DNA from: Halarcobacter sp.
Lineage (GTDB): Bacteria > Campylobacterota > Campylobacteria > Campylobacterales > Arcobacteraceae
Reading direction: 5' to 3'
DNA length: 64,000 nt
NCBI GenBank assembly: GCA_963676565.1
Contig: OY781089.1
Span: forward strand, 1,888,001 to 1,952,000
Shown here: positions 21,671-36,600 of the stretch, in pieces
Layout of the letters: every line of letters begins with the position of its first letter
How positions within the stretch are numbered: the stretch's first letter is position 1
Made by a program: the position numbers and the translations under genes
Notes under the pieces: generated by a model
Seen by the model: the letters and a program-made list of their open reading frames with translations, nothing else
What the model was told of the DNA's origin: nothing
The model's database searches: none

Positions 21671-24600
21671 ATGGCAATTGCAAGAATTACAGATATTAGA
21701 GGTCTTGTTTCATTGGAAAATGGAAGTTCAGAAGAAATATTAAAAAACAAAGATGTAATATCAGAACATGGTGGTTTACTAACAATTACAGAGTTTGCAA
21801 ATATTGTTTTTGATGATGGAAGAGAAGTTGAAGTAACTGGTCCTGTAACTTTCAATTTAGATTCAAGCTTCTTTAATGAAATCACATTTGAAGATTCAAT
21901 AACCCAAATAAGTGATTTTGCTAGTTTAGATTATATAAATAATGAATTAGACGAAAATATAGTTGAACCTCAAACAGAAGATTCTACTTTAGAACAAAAT
22001 AATGCAGCTATTAATATTCAAACAGAACAAATAGATACACAATTAAATAATCAAAACACTGAATTAGTAGAAGAAAATGATTCAGAATTTACACAAACTC
22101 AAACTACTATTGAATTTGAAGACAATAATGAAGAAGAACCTGTATTAGATAATGAGACTAATGAAGTTCCAATTGCCAATTCAGAAGTTAACGAATTAAA
22201 TGAAGACACAATTATAAATGGGCAGATTGATTTCTTTGACCCTGATGGAACAGCAACAGTATCAGTAGATGGAGATATCCCAACAGGATTAACATTAAAT
22301 CCAGATGGAACATATGAGTTCGATGCAAGTAGCTATGATAGTTTGACAGAGGGTGAAAGACAAGTAATAGAAGTACCATTAACAGTTACTGATAATAATG
22401 GTGCAACAACAAATACAACATTAACAATCACTGTAACTGGTACAAATGATGCCGCAACAGTAAGTAGCGCAACAGCAAACTTAATAGAAACAGATACAGC
22501 ACTAACTACAAGTGGAACATTAACAAGTACAGATGTGGATAATGCAGATAATACCTTTATAGCAAATACAATAGTAGGTGCAAATGGAACATTTACTATA
22601 GATGAAAATGGAAACTGGGATTTTACAGCAAACTCAGCATTTAATGAGTTAAATACTGGAAGTACTTTAAGTGAAACATTTACAGTATCAAGTATAGATG
22701 GTACTGAATCAACAGTAACAGTAAATATAGCTGGAACAAATGATGCTATGACTGGCTTTGAGATGAATGAAGTTAATAACTTCACTGAAGATTCAACATC
22801 TGCAGGAGATACAGTAACAACAGTAAAAACTGCACCAAGTGATGAAGATGGTGGAGATATCACATACTCAATTTCAGATACAACAAACTATGCAATTAAT
22901 GAAACAACAGGTGAAGTTACACTTACAGAAGCAGGAGCTAATTTAGTTAACTCTGGACAAGAGTTACCAGCATTTAATGTAACAGCAACAAGTGCAGGAG
23001 TAGATGGTTCAAGCCAAACAGTACAAAACTTAGATCCAGCAGTTACAACAGTAAATGATGCTATGACTGGCTTTGAGATGAATGAAGTTAATAACTTCAC
23101 TGAAGATTCAACATCTGCAGGAGATACAGTAACAACAGTAAAAACTGCACCAAGTGATGAAGATGGTGGAGATATCACATACTCAATTTCAGATACAACA
23201 AACTATGCAATTAATGAAACAACAGGTGAAGTTACACTTACAGAAGCAGGAGCTAATTTAGTTAACTCTGGACAAGAGTTACCAGCATTTAATGTAACAG
23301 CAACAAGTGCAGGAGTAGATGGTTCAAGCCAAACAGTACAAAACTTAGATCCAGCAGTTACAACAGTAAATGATGCTATGACTGGCTTTGAGATGAATGA
23401 AGTTAATAACTTCACTGAAGATTCAACATCTGCAGGAGATACAGTAACAACAGTAAAAACTGCACCAAGTGATGAAGATGGTGGAGATATCACATACTCA
23501 ATTTCAGATACAACAAACTATGCAATTAATGAAACAACAGGTGAAGTTACACTTACAGAAGCAGGAGCTAATTTAGTTAACTCTGGACAAGAGTTACCAG
23601 CATTTAATGTAACAGCAACAAGTGCAGGAGTAGATGGTTCAAGCCAAACAGTACAAAACTTAGATCCAGCAGTTACAACAGTAAATGATGCTATGACTGG
23701 CTTTGAGATGAATGAAGTTAATAACTTCACTGAAGATTCAACATCTGCAGGAGATACAGTAACAACAGTAAAAACTGCACCAAGTGATGAAGATGGTGGA
23801 GATATCACATACTCAATTTCAGATACAACAAACTATGCAATTAATGAAACAACAGGTGAAGTTACACTTACAGAAGCAGGAGCTAATTTAGTTAACTCTG
23901 GACAAGAGTTACCAGCATTTAATGTAACAGCAACAAGTGCAGGAGTAGATGGTTCAAGCCAAACAGTACAAAACTTAGATCCAGCAGTTACAACAGTAAA
24001 TGATGCTATGACTGGATTTGAGATGAATGAAGTTAATAACTTCACTGAAGATTCAACATCTGCAGGAGATACAGTAACAACAGTAAAAACTGCACCAAGT
24101 GATGAAGATGGTGGAGATATCACATACTCAATTTCAGATACAACAAACTATGCAATTAATGAAACAACAGGTGAAGTTACACTTACAGAAGCAGGAGCTA
24201 ATTTAGTTAACTCTGGACAAGAGTTACCAGCATTTAATGTAACAGCAACAAGTGCAGGAGTAGATGGTTCAAGCCAAACAGTACAAAACTTAGATCCAGC
24301 AGTTACAACAGTAAATGATGCTATGACTGGCTTTGAGATGAATGAAGTTAATAACTTCACTGAAGATTCAACATCTGCAGGAGATACAGTAACAACAGTA
24401 AAAACTGCACCAAGTGATGAAGATGGTGGAGATATCACATACTCAATTTCAGATACAACAAACTATGCAATTAATGAAACAACAGGTGAAGTTACACTTA
24501 CAGAAGCAGGAGCTAATTTAGTTAACTCTGGACAAGAGTTACCAGCATTTAATGTAACAGCAACAAGTGCAGGAGTAGATGGTTCAAGCCAAACAGTACA

Positions 24601-27600
24601 AAACTTAGATCCAGCAGTTACAACAGTAAATGATGCTATGACTGGCTTTGAGATGAATGAAGTTAATAACTTCACTGAAGATTCAACATCTGCAGGAGAT
24701 ACAGTAACAACAGTAAAAACTGCACCAAGTGATGAAGATGGTGGAGATATCACATACTCAATTTCAGATACAACAAACTATGCAATTAATGAAACAACAG
24801 GTGAAGTTACACTTACAGAAGCAGGAGCTAATTTAGTTAACTCTGGACAAGAGTTACCAGCATTTAATGTAACAGCAACAAGTGCAGGAGTAGATGGTTC
24901 AAGCCAAACAGTACAAAACTTAGATCCAGCAGTTACAACAGTAAATGATGCTATGACTGGCTTTGAGATGAATGAAGTTAATAACTTCACTGAAGATTCA
25001 ACATCTGCAGGAGATACAGTAACAACAGTAAAAACTGCACCAAGTGATGAAGATGGTGGAGATATCACATACTCAATTTCAGATACAACAAACTATGCAA
25101 TTAATGAAACAACAGGTGAAGTTACACTTACAGAAGCAGGAGCTAATTTAGTTAACTCTGGACAAGAGTTACCAGCATTTAATGTAACAGCAACAAGTGC
25201 AGGAGTAGATGGTTCAAGCCAAACAGTACAAAACTTAGATCCAGCAGTTACAACAGTAAATGATGCTATGACTGGATTTGAGATGAATGAAGTTAATAAC
25301 TTCACTGAAGATTCAACATCTGCAGGAGATACAGTAACAACAGTAAAAACTGCACCAAGTGATGAAGATGGTGGAGATATCACATACTCAATTTCAGATA
25401 CAACAAACTATGCAATTAATGAAACAACAGGTGAAGTTACACTTACAGAAGCAGGAGCTAATTTAGTTAACTCTGGACAAGAGTTACCAGCATTTAATGT
25501 AACAGCAACAAGTGCAGGAGTAGATGGTTCAAGCCAAACAGTACAAAACTTAGATCCAGCAGTTACAACAGTAAATGATGCTATGACTGGCTTTGAGATG
25601 AATGAAGTTAATAACTTCACTGAAGATTCAACATCTGCAGGAGATACAGTAACAACAGTAAAAACTGCACCAAGTGATGAAGATGGTGGAGATATCACAT
25701 ACTCAATTTCAGATACAACAAACTATGCAATTAATGAAACAACAGGTGAAGTTACACTTACAGAAGCAGGAGCTAATTTAGTTAACTCTGGACAAGAGTT
25801 ACCAGCATTTAATGTAACAGCAACAAGTGCAGGAGTAGATGGTTCAAGCCAAACAGTACAAAACTTAGATCCAGCAGTTACAACAGTAAATGATGCTATG
25901 ACTGGCTTTGAGATGAATGAAGTTAATAACTTCACTGAAGATTCAACATCTGCAGGAGATACAGTAACAACAGTAAAAACTGCACCAAGTGATGAAGATG
26001 GTGGAGATATCACATACTCAATTTCAGATACAACAAACTATGCAATTAATGAAACAACAGGTGAAGTTACACTTACAGAAGCAGGAGCTAATTTAGTTAA
26101 CTCTGGACAAGAGTTACCAGCATTTAATGTAACAGCAACAAGTGCAGGAGTAGATGGTTCAAGCCAAACAGTACAAAACTTAGATCCAGCAGTTACAACA
26201 GTAAATGATGCTATGACTGGATTTGAGATGAATGAAGTTAATAACTTCACTGAAGATTCAACATCTGCAGGAGATACAGTAACAACAGTAAAAACTGCAC
26301 CAAGTGATGAAGATGGTGGAGATATCACATACTCAATTTCAGATACAACAAACTATGCAATTAATGAAACAACAGGTGAAGTTACACTTACAGAAGCAGG
26401 AGCTAATTTAGTTAACTCTGGACAAGAGTTACCAGCATTTAATGTAACAGCAACAAGTGCAGGAGTAGATGGTTCAAGCCAAACAGTACAAAACTTAGAT
26501 CCAGCAGTTACAACAGTAAATGATGCTATGACTGGATTTGAGATGAATGAAGTTAATAACTTCACTGAAGATTCAACATCTGCAGGAGATACAGTAACAA
26601 CAGTAAAAACTGCACCAAGTGATGAAGATGGTGGAGATATCACATACTCAATTTCAGATACAACAAACTATGCAATTAATGAAACAACAGGTGAAGTTAC
26701 ACTTACAGAAGCAGGAGCTAATTTAGTTAACTCTGGACAAGAGTTACCAGCATTTAATGTAACAGCAACAAGTGCAGGAGTAGATGGTTCAAGCCAAACA
26801 GTACAAAACTTAGATCCAGCAGTTACAACAGTAAATGATGCTATGACTGGCTTTGAGATGAATGAAGTTAATAACTTCACTGAAGATTCAACATCTGCAG
26901 GAGATACAGTAACAACAGTAAAAACTGCACCAAGTGATGAAGATGGTGGAGATATCACATACTCAATTTCAGATACAACAAACTATGCAATTAATGAAAC
27001 AACAGGTGAAGTTACACTTACAGAAGCAGGAGCTAATTTAGTTAACTCTGGACAAGAGTTACCAGCATTTAATGTAACAGCAACAAGTGCAGGAGTAGAT
27101 GGTTCAAGCCAAACAGTACAAAACTTAGATCCAGCAGTTACAACAGTAAATGATGCTATGACTGGCTTTGAGATGAATGAAGTTAATAACTTCACTGAAG
27201 ATTCAACATCTGCAGGAGATACAGTAACAACAGTAAAAACTGCACCAAGTGATGAAGATGGTGGAGATATCACATACTCAATTTCAGATACAACAAACTA
27301 TGCAATTAATGAAACAACAGGTGAAGTTACACTTACAGAAGCAGGAGCTAATTTAGTTAACTCTGGACAAGAGTTACCAGCATTTAATGTAACAGCAACA
27401 AGTGCAGGAGTAGATGGTTCAAGCCAAACAGTACAAAACTTAGATCCAGCAGTTACAACAGTAAATGATGCTATGACTGGCTTTGAGATGAATGAAGTTA
27501 ATAACTTCACTGAAGATTCAACATCTGCAGGAGATACAGTAACAACAGTAAAAACTGCACCAAGTGATGAAGATGGTGGAGATATCACATACTCAATTTC

Positions 27601-30600
27601 AGATACAACAAACTATGCAATTAATGAAACAACAGGTGAAGTTACACTTACAGAAGCAGGAGCTAATTTAGTTAACTCTGGACAAGAGTTACCAGCATTT
27701 AATGTAACAGCAACAAGTGCAGGAGTAGATGGTTCAAGCCAAACAGTACAAAACTTAGATCCAGCAGTTACAACAGTAAATGATGCTATGACTGGCTTTG
27801 AGATGAATGAAGTTAATAACTTCACTGAAGATTCAACATCTGCAGGAGATACAGTAACAACAGTAAAAACTGCACCAAGTGATGAAGATGGTGGAGATAT
27901 CACATACTCAATTTCAGATACAACAAACTATGCAATTAATGAAACAACAGGTGAAGTTACACTTACAGAAGCAGGAGCTAATTTAGTTAACTCTGGACAA
28001 GAGTTACCAGCATTTAATGTAACAGCAACAAGTGCAGGAGTAGATGGTTCAAGCCAAACAGTACAAAACTTAGATCCAGCAGTTACAACAGTAAATGATG
28101 CTATGACTGGCTTTGAGATGAATGAAGTTAATAACTTCACTGAAGATTCAACATCTGCAGGAGATACAGTAACAACAGTAAAAACTGCACCAAGTGATGA
28201 AGATGGTGGAGATATCACATACTCAATTTCAGATACAACAAACTATGCAATTAATGAAACAACAGGTGAAGTTACACTTACAGAAGCAGGAGCTAATTTA
28301 GTTAACTCTGGACAAGAGTTACCAGCATTTAATGTAACAGCAACAAGTGCAGGAGTAGATGGTTCAAGCCAAACAGTACAAAACTTAGATCCAGCAGTTA
28401 CAACAGTAAATGATGCTATGACTGGCTTTGAGATGAATGAAGTTAATAACTTCACTGAAGATTCAACATCTGCAGGAGATACAGTAACAACAGTAAAAAC
28501 TGCACCAAGTGATGAAGATGGTGGAGATATCACATACTCAATTTCAGATACAACAAACTATGCAATTAATGAAACAACAGGTGAAGTTACACTTACAGAA
28601 GCAGGAGCTAATTTAGTTAACTCTGGACAAGAGTTACCAGCATTTAATGTAACAGCAACAAGTGCAGGAGTAGATGGTTCAAGCCAAACAGTACAAAACT
28701 TAGATCCAGCAGTTACAACAGTAAATGATGCTATGACTGGCTTTGAGATGAATGAAGTTAATAACTTCACTGAAGATTCAACATCTGCAGGAGATACAGT
28801 AACAACAGTAAAAACTGCACCAAGTGATGAAGATGGTGGAGATATCACATACTCAATTTCAGATACAACAAACTATGCAATTAATGAAACAACAGGTGAA
28901 GTTACACTTACAGAAGCAGGAGCTAATTTAGTTAACTCTGGACAAGAGTTACCAGCATTTAATGTAACAGCAACAAGTGCAGGAGTAGATGGTTCAAGCC
29001 AAACAGTACAAAACTTAGATCCAGCAGTTACAACAGTAAATGATGCTATGACTGGCTTTGAGATGAATGAAGTTAATAACTTCACTGAAGATTCAACATC
29101 TGCAGGAGATACAGTAACAACAGTAAAAACTGCACCAAGTGATGAAGATGGTGGAGATATCACATACTCAATTTCAGATACAACAAACTATGCAATTAAT
29201 GAAACAACAGGTGAAGTTACACTTACAGAAGCAGGAGCTAATTTAGTTAACTCTGGACAAGAGTTACCAGCATTTAATGTAACAGCAACAAGTGCAGGAG
29301 TAGATGGTTCAAGCCAAACAGTACAAAACTTAGATCCAGCAGTTACAACAGTAAATGATGCTATGACTGGCTTTGAGATGAATGAAGTTAATAACTTCAC
29401 TGAAGATTCAACATCTGCAGGAGATACAGTAACAACAGTAAAAACTGCACCAAGTGATGAAGATGGTGGAGATATCACATACTCAATTTCAGATACAACA
29501 AACTATGCAATTAATGAAACAACAGGTGAAGTTACACTTACAGAAGCAGGAGCTAATTTAGTTAACTCTGGACAAGAGTTACCAGCATTTAATGTAACAG
29601 CAACAAGTGCAGGAGTAGATGGTTCAAGCCAAACAGTACAAAACTTAGATCCAGCAGTTACAACAGTAAATGATGCTATGACTGGCTTTGAGATGAATGA
29701 AGTTAATAACTTCACTGAAGATTCAACATCTGCAGGAGATACAGTAACAACAGTAAAAACTGCACCAAGTGATGAAGATGGTGGAGATATCACATACTCA
29801 ATTTCAGATACAACAAACTATGCAATTAATGAAACAACAGGTGAAGTTACACTTACAGAAGCAGGAGCTAATTTAGTTAACTCTGGACAAGAGTTACCAG
29901 CATTTAATGTAACAGCAACAAGTGCAGGAGTAGATGGTTCAAGCCAAACAGTACAAAACTTAGATCCAGCAGTTACAACAGTAAATGATGCTATGACTGG
30001 CTTTGAGATGAATGAAGTTAATAACTTCACTGAAGATTCAACATCTGCAGGAGATACAGTAACAACAGTAAAAACTGCACCAAGTGATGAAGATGGTGGA
30101 GATATCACATACTCAATTTCAGATACAACAAACTATGCAATTAATGAAACAACAGGTGAAGTTACACTTACAGAAGCAGGAGCTAATTTAGTTAACTCTG
30201 GACAAGAGTTACCAGCATTTAATGTAACAGCAACAAGTGCAGGAGTAGATGGTTCAAGCCAAACAGTACAAAACTTAGATCCAGCAGTTACAACAGTAAA
30301 TGATGCTATGACTGGCTTTGAGATGAATGAAGTTAATAACTTCACTGAAGATTCAACATCTGCAGGAGATACAGTAACAACAGTAAAAACTGCACCAAGT
30401 GATGAAGATGGTGGAGATATCACATACTCAATTTCAGATACAACAAACTATGCAATTAATGAAACAACAGGTGAAGTTACACTTACAGAAGCAGGAGCTA
30501 ATTTAGTTAACTCTGGACAAGAGTTACCAGCATTTAATGTAACAGCAACAAGTGCAGGAGTAGATGGTTCAAGCCAAACAGTACAAAACTTAGATCCAGC

Positions 30601-33600
30601 AGTTACAACAGTAAATGATGCTATGACTGGATTTGAGATGAATGAAGTTAATAACTTCACTGAAGATTCAACATCTGCAGGAGATACAGTAACAACAGTA
30701 AAAACTGCACCAAGTGATGAAGATGGTGGAGATATCACATACTCAATTTCAGATACAACAAACTATGCAATTAATGAAACAACAGGTGAAGTTACACTTA
30801 CAGAAGCAGGAGCTAATTTAGTTAACTCTGGACAAGAGTTACCAGCATTTAATGTAACAGCAACAAGTGCAGGAGTAGATGGTTCAAGCCAAACAGTACA
30901 AAACTTAGATCCAGCAGTTACAACAGTAAATGATGCTATGACTGGCTTTGAGATGAATGAAGTTAATAACTTCACTGAAGATTCAACATCTGCAGGAGAT
31001 ACAGTAACAACAGTAAAAACTGCACCAAGTGATGAAGATGGTGGAGATATCACATACTCAATTTCAGATACAACAAACTATGCAATTAATGAAACAACAG
31101 GTGAAGTTACACTTACAGAAGCAGGAGCTAATTTAGTTAACTCTGGACAAGAGTTACCAGCATTTAATGTAACAGCAACAAGTGCAGGAGTAGATGGTTC
31201 AAGCCAAACAGTACAAAACTTAGATCCAGCAGTTACAACAGTAAATGATGCTATGACTGGCTTTGAGATGAATGAAGTTAATAACTTCACTGAAGATTCA
31301 ACATCTGCAGGAGATACAGTAACAACAGTAAAAACTGCACCAAGTGATGAAGATGGTGGAGATATCACATACTCAATTTCAGATACAACAAACTATGCAA
31401 TTAATGAAACAACAGGTGAAGTTACACTTACAGAAGCAGGAGCTAATTTAGTTAACTCTGGACAAGAGTTACCAGCATTTAATGTAACAGCAACAAGTGC
31501 AGGAGTAGATGGTTCAAGCCAAACAGTACAAAACTTAGATCCAGCAGTTACAACAGTAAATGATGCTATGACTGGCTTTGAGATGAATGAAGTTAATAAC
31601 TTCACTGAAGATTCAACATCTGCAGGAGATACAGTAACAACAGTAAAAACTGCACCAAGTGATGAAGATGGTGGAGATATCACATACTCAATTTCAGATA
31701 CAACAAACTATGCAATTAATGAAACAACAGGTGAAGTTACACTTACAGAAGCAGGAGCTAATTTAGTTAACTCTGGACAAGAGTTACCAGCATTTAATGT
31801 AACAGCAACAAGTGCAGGAGTAGATGGTTCAAGCCAAACAGTACAAAACTTAGATCCAGCAGTTACAACAGTAAATGATGCTATGACTGGATTTGAGATG
31901 AATGAAGTTAATAACTTCACTGAAGATTCAACATCTGCAGGAGATACAGTAACAACAGTAAAAACTGCACCAAGTGATGAAGATGGTGGAGATATCACAT
32001 ACTCAATTTCAGATACAACAAACTATGCAATTAATGAAACAACAGGTGAAGTTACACTTACAGAAGCAGGAGCTAATTTAGTTAACTCTGGACAAGAGTT
32101 ACCAGCATTTAATGTAACAGCAACAAGTGCAGGAGTAGATGGTTCAAGCCAAACAGTACAAAACTTAGATCCAGCAGTTACAACAGTAAATGATGCTATG
32201 ACTGGCTTTGAGATGAATGAAGTTAATAACTTCACTGAAGATTCAACATCTGCAGGAGATACAGTAACAACAGTAAAAACTGCACCAAGTGATGAAGATG
32301 GTGGAGATATCACATACTCAATTTCAGATACAACAAACTATGCAATTAATGAAACAACAGGTGAAGTTACACTTACAGAAGCAGGAGCTAATTTAGTTAA
32401 CTCTGGACAAGAGTTACCAGCATTTAATGTAACAGCAACAAGTGCAGGAGTAGATGGTTCAAGCCAAACAGTACAAAACTTAGATCCAGCAGTTACAACA
32501 GTAAATGATGCTATGACTGGCTTTGAGATGAATGAAGTTAATAACTTCACTGAAGATTCAACATCTGCAGGAGATACAGTAACAACAGTAAAAACTGCAC
32601 CAAGTGATGAAGATGGTGGAGATATCACATACTCAATTTCAGATACAACAAACTATGCAATTAATGAAACAACAGGTGAAGTTACACTTACAGAAGCAGG
32701 AGCTAATTTAGTTAACTCTGGACAAGAGTTACCAGCATTTAATGTAACAGCAACAAGTGCAGGAGTAGATGGTTCAAGCCAAACAGTACAAAACTTAGAT
32801 CCAGCAGTTACAACAGTAAATGATGCTATGACTGGCTTTGAGATGAATGAAGTTAATAACTTCACTGAAGATTCAACATCTGCAGGAGATACAGTAACAA
32901 CAGTAAAAACTGCACCAAGTGATGAAGATGGTGGAGATATCACATACTCAATTTCAGATACAACAAACTATGCAATTAATGAAACAACAGGTGAAGTTAC
33001 ACTTACAGAAGCAGGAGCTAATTTAGTTAACTCTGGACAAGAGTTACCAGCATTTAATGTAACAGCAACAAGTGCAGGAGTAGATGGTTCAAGCCAAACA
33101 GTACAAAACTTAGATCCAGCAGTTACAACAGTAAATGATGCTATGACTGGATTTGAGATGAATGAAGTTAATAACTTCACTGAAGATTCAACATCTGCAG
33201 GAGATACAGTAACAACAGTAAAAACTGCACCAAGTGATGAAGATGGTGGAGATATCACATACTCAATTTCAGATACAACAAACTATGCAATTAATGAAAC
33301 AACAGGTGAAGTTACACTTACAGAAGCAGGAGCTAATTTAGTTAACTCTGGACAAGAGTTACCAGCATTTAATGTAACAGCAACAAGTGCAGGAGTAGAT
33401 GGTTCAAGCCAAACAGTACAAAACTTAGATCCAGCAGTTACAACAGTAAATGATGAAACAGTAGTGGTAGAAGATAATGTAACTACAAGTGAAGATATTG
33501 CAATAAATATTGATGTTTTAGTAAATGATACAGATGAAGAAGGTAATATATCACCAGTTGTTTCAGTTACACAAGGTTCAAATGGAACTGTAACAATTAA

Positions 33601-36600
33601 TGAAGATGGAACAGTAAAATATACACCAAATGAAGACTTCAATGGAACAGATAGCTTTACATATACAAACGAAGAGGGAAACACAGAAACTGTAAATGTA
33701 ATAGTAGATCCAACAAATGATAATCCTATAGCCGTAGATGATGGTAATATCTCATCAGTTACGTACACAGTAAATGTAGACAATGTTCTAAATACAGATG
33801 CTTTTACCGTAAAAGCTTATAATAGTGAAGGAGTTGAAGGAGAATTAGCATTAAGAAAAGATTCAAGTCCTGAAGGTTTTGGTGTAGCTGGTGATGATGT
33901 TTCTAATGGAGCTTCTTCTGAAATTGGTGGTGAAGAGTATATTGCAATAGAATTCAAAGATGATATTCAAAGTGTTGATGTTTCTTTTGCTTGGATGGCA
34001 TCATCAGAAAATGCAGAAATTGGCTTTTATAAAGATGGTGTACTTATAGACACTCAGTACAAAATGGGTGGTACAGATAGAGTTGATGGACCTTATAATT
34101 ATGAAACTTCAGATGGACAAGCATTTGATGAAATTCGATTTGCCGGGTATGGAACAAATTCTGATTTCCTATTACATGAAATAACTGTAAATACAGTGGA
34201 TTCAACATTTGAAACAAATGAAGACACAGCAATTACTATTGATGTATTAGATAATGATACTGATGTAGAGGGAGATGAACTATCAATTATCCAAATCCAA
34301 GGGCAAGATGTAAGTACTGGTCAAACAGTTAATATCTCTGAAAATGGTGAAGTTATTGGTACAGCAAAAGTTGTTAATGGACAAATTGAGTTTACTCCTG
34401 GGGAAAATTTACAAAACCTTAGTGATGGTGAAAATCAAAATGTGACTTTTGATTATACTGTTAGTGATGGTAGTTTAACTGATACTGCAAATGTAACAGT
34501 TAATGTTACAGGAATAACAGATAACTTTGTTCCAACAAGCGAAGATGAATCTCAGTCAATCAAGTTTGAAAGTTTAAATGAAATTGATACAACATCAACT
34601 AATCTTATAATTACTCTAGATACTTCAGGTTCAATGTCTATGGAAGATTATGGAGGGGTTGTTACATTAGATGATGGATCAACTACAACAAGATTTGAAA
34701 TTGCAAAAAATTCATTAATTGATACAATAGAAGCATATAAAGAACAAGGTTCAATTGATGTAAACTTAACATTATTTGGAAGTTCAGGAGCAAACATTGG
34801 ATGGATGAGTTCAGATGAAGCAATCACCTATTTAGAAAGTCTATCAATGGATCAAAATGGAGACTTATTAAAAGATGGAAATGATTATAATGTTTCGGGA
34901 AATGGTACTGATTATTATGAAGCAATTACTGCAACAGATAATATTGATTTTAGTGGTCATCCTGCAGATAAGAATGTGGGTATATTTATATCTGATGGTG
35001 ATCCAACAGAAAATTGGTGGATGGTAAATAGTGAATATGATTCAGCAATTCAAAACTGGAAATCTTTTATTGATAATAATAATATTGATTTAAGTGTTTA
35101 TGGAATAGGTGAAAATGTAAGTTCTTCTTACCTAGACATTATTCAAGTTACTGATGGTAAAGTTGCCTCAATTATTACAAATGAAGCAGATATGTCAGAT
35201 ACATTAGTTGCTGAAGCAATTTCTAAAAGTGTAAGTGGGAATATTTTAGATAATGTTAGTGGTGGAGATGGAGATATATCAATCGTAAAAATAACTATTG
35301 ATGGCGTTGATTACACTGCAAGTGATATGCCTATAACAACACCTGATGGTGCAACATTAAATGTTGACTTCTCAAGTGGTAACTATACATATTCTGCTAA
35401 GGCAAATTTATTTACTGAAGATACTACAGAAACATTTATCGTTACAGCTTCAGATGAAGATGGTGATGAAACAAACTTTAATGTACATATAAATATAGAT
35501 GCTGCAGACTCACAAAATTATATTCAAAGTGACTATGATTACTGGGCTGATAATGAAAATATAGATGGAACAGTAAACAGTGATTATATTAATATTGGAA
35601 CGGGAAATAATAAAACTATTAATGCTGGTGATGGAGATGATATAATTGATACACCAATACAAGTCGGAAATAATTTAGGTACAGGTCATATTATTGATGG
35701 AGGAGAAGGAAACGATAAGTTAATTATTGATGATGTATTAGATAGTGGTTCTTATAAATATGAAATTACAGCTAATGGAGACGGAACATTTGATATTGAA
35801 AAAATTGGATACAATGATTATAGTCAATGGTCTTTAAATCATTATGCCGTTACAGTTGATAGTATAGAAGCAATAGAGTTTACTGACAAAACTTTTGTAT
35901 TAAATGATTCTGGTGATGCTTTTGTTGAAAGTACAGACAGTAGTGCCGATGACTTACTAGTAGCAACTTTAGTTGATGGTATCGTAGAAGGTGCTTATTA
36001 TGAAACTTCTTCAGGAGTAACAGGATACACAGATGAAAATGGTAACTTTAACTTTAGAGAAGGGGATTCTGTAACATTTAGTGTTGGTGGAGTAGTTTTA
36101 GGTACTGCAACAGCAGAAGATATCGCTTCAGGTCAAACTTTCTTACAAGATATAGCTGATGTAGATAGAACAGATTTAAATGATGAGTACCTAGAAAACA
36201 TGGCAGTATTCCTACAATCTATTGACACAGCAGATAGTGGTGATGATATTGTTATTACACAAGCTATGAGAGATGCCCTTGCTGACGTGACAATAGACCT
36301 TACAACTGCAACAGAAGAGGAAATTAAATCTTTAATTGAATCAATTGGTGGAAACTATGTAGGTGAAGATGCAGCAATGGTTCACGTTCAAGAGATGCTT
36401 CAAGAGTATGCAGGTATAGATGAATCTGAGTTTGATGAAAGAATATCTGATGATACATTAACTGCAACATTAGGAAAAGAACCACAAGCAGGAATTGAGT
36501 TTACAACTTCTTCAGGAGTTTCAGGAACTACAAATGATGATGGAAGTTTCTTCTATAATGAAGGAGATGAAATCACATTTACAAAAGATGGAGAAGTATT

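Noticed and set aside
21671..22100. LapG cleavage site in the adhesin N-terminus
   Set aside because: Only an isolated Ala-Ala (EQNNAAIN) without the usual T-A-A-G context, and no lapD/lapG genes in the window.
22739..33448. Possible CRISPR-like array
   Set aside because: Units are contiguous, in-frame and protein-coding, with no unique spacers and no cas genes.
22333..33783. Series of 96-aa minus-strand ORFs
   Set aside because: Antisense shadows of the 315-bp adhesin repeat, with no independent evidence of coding.
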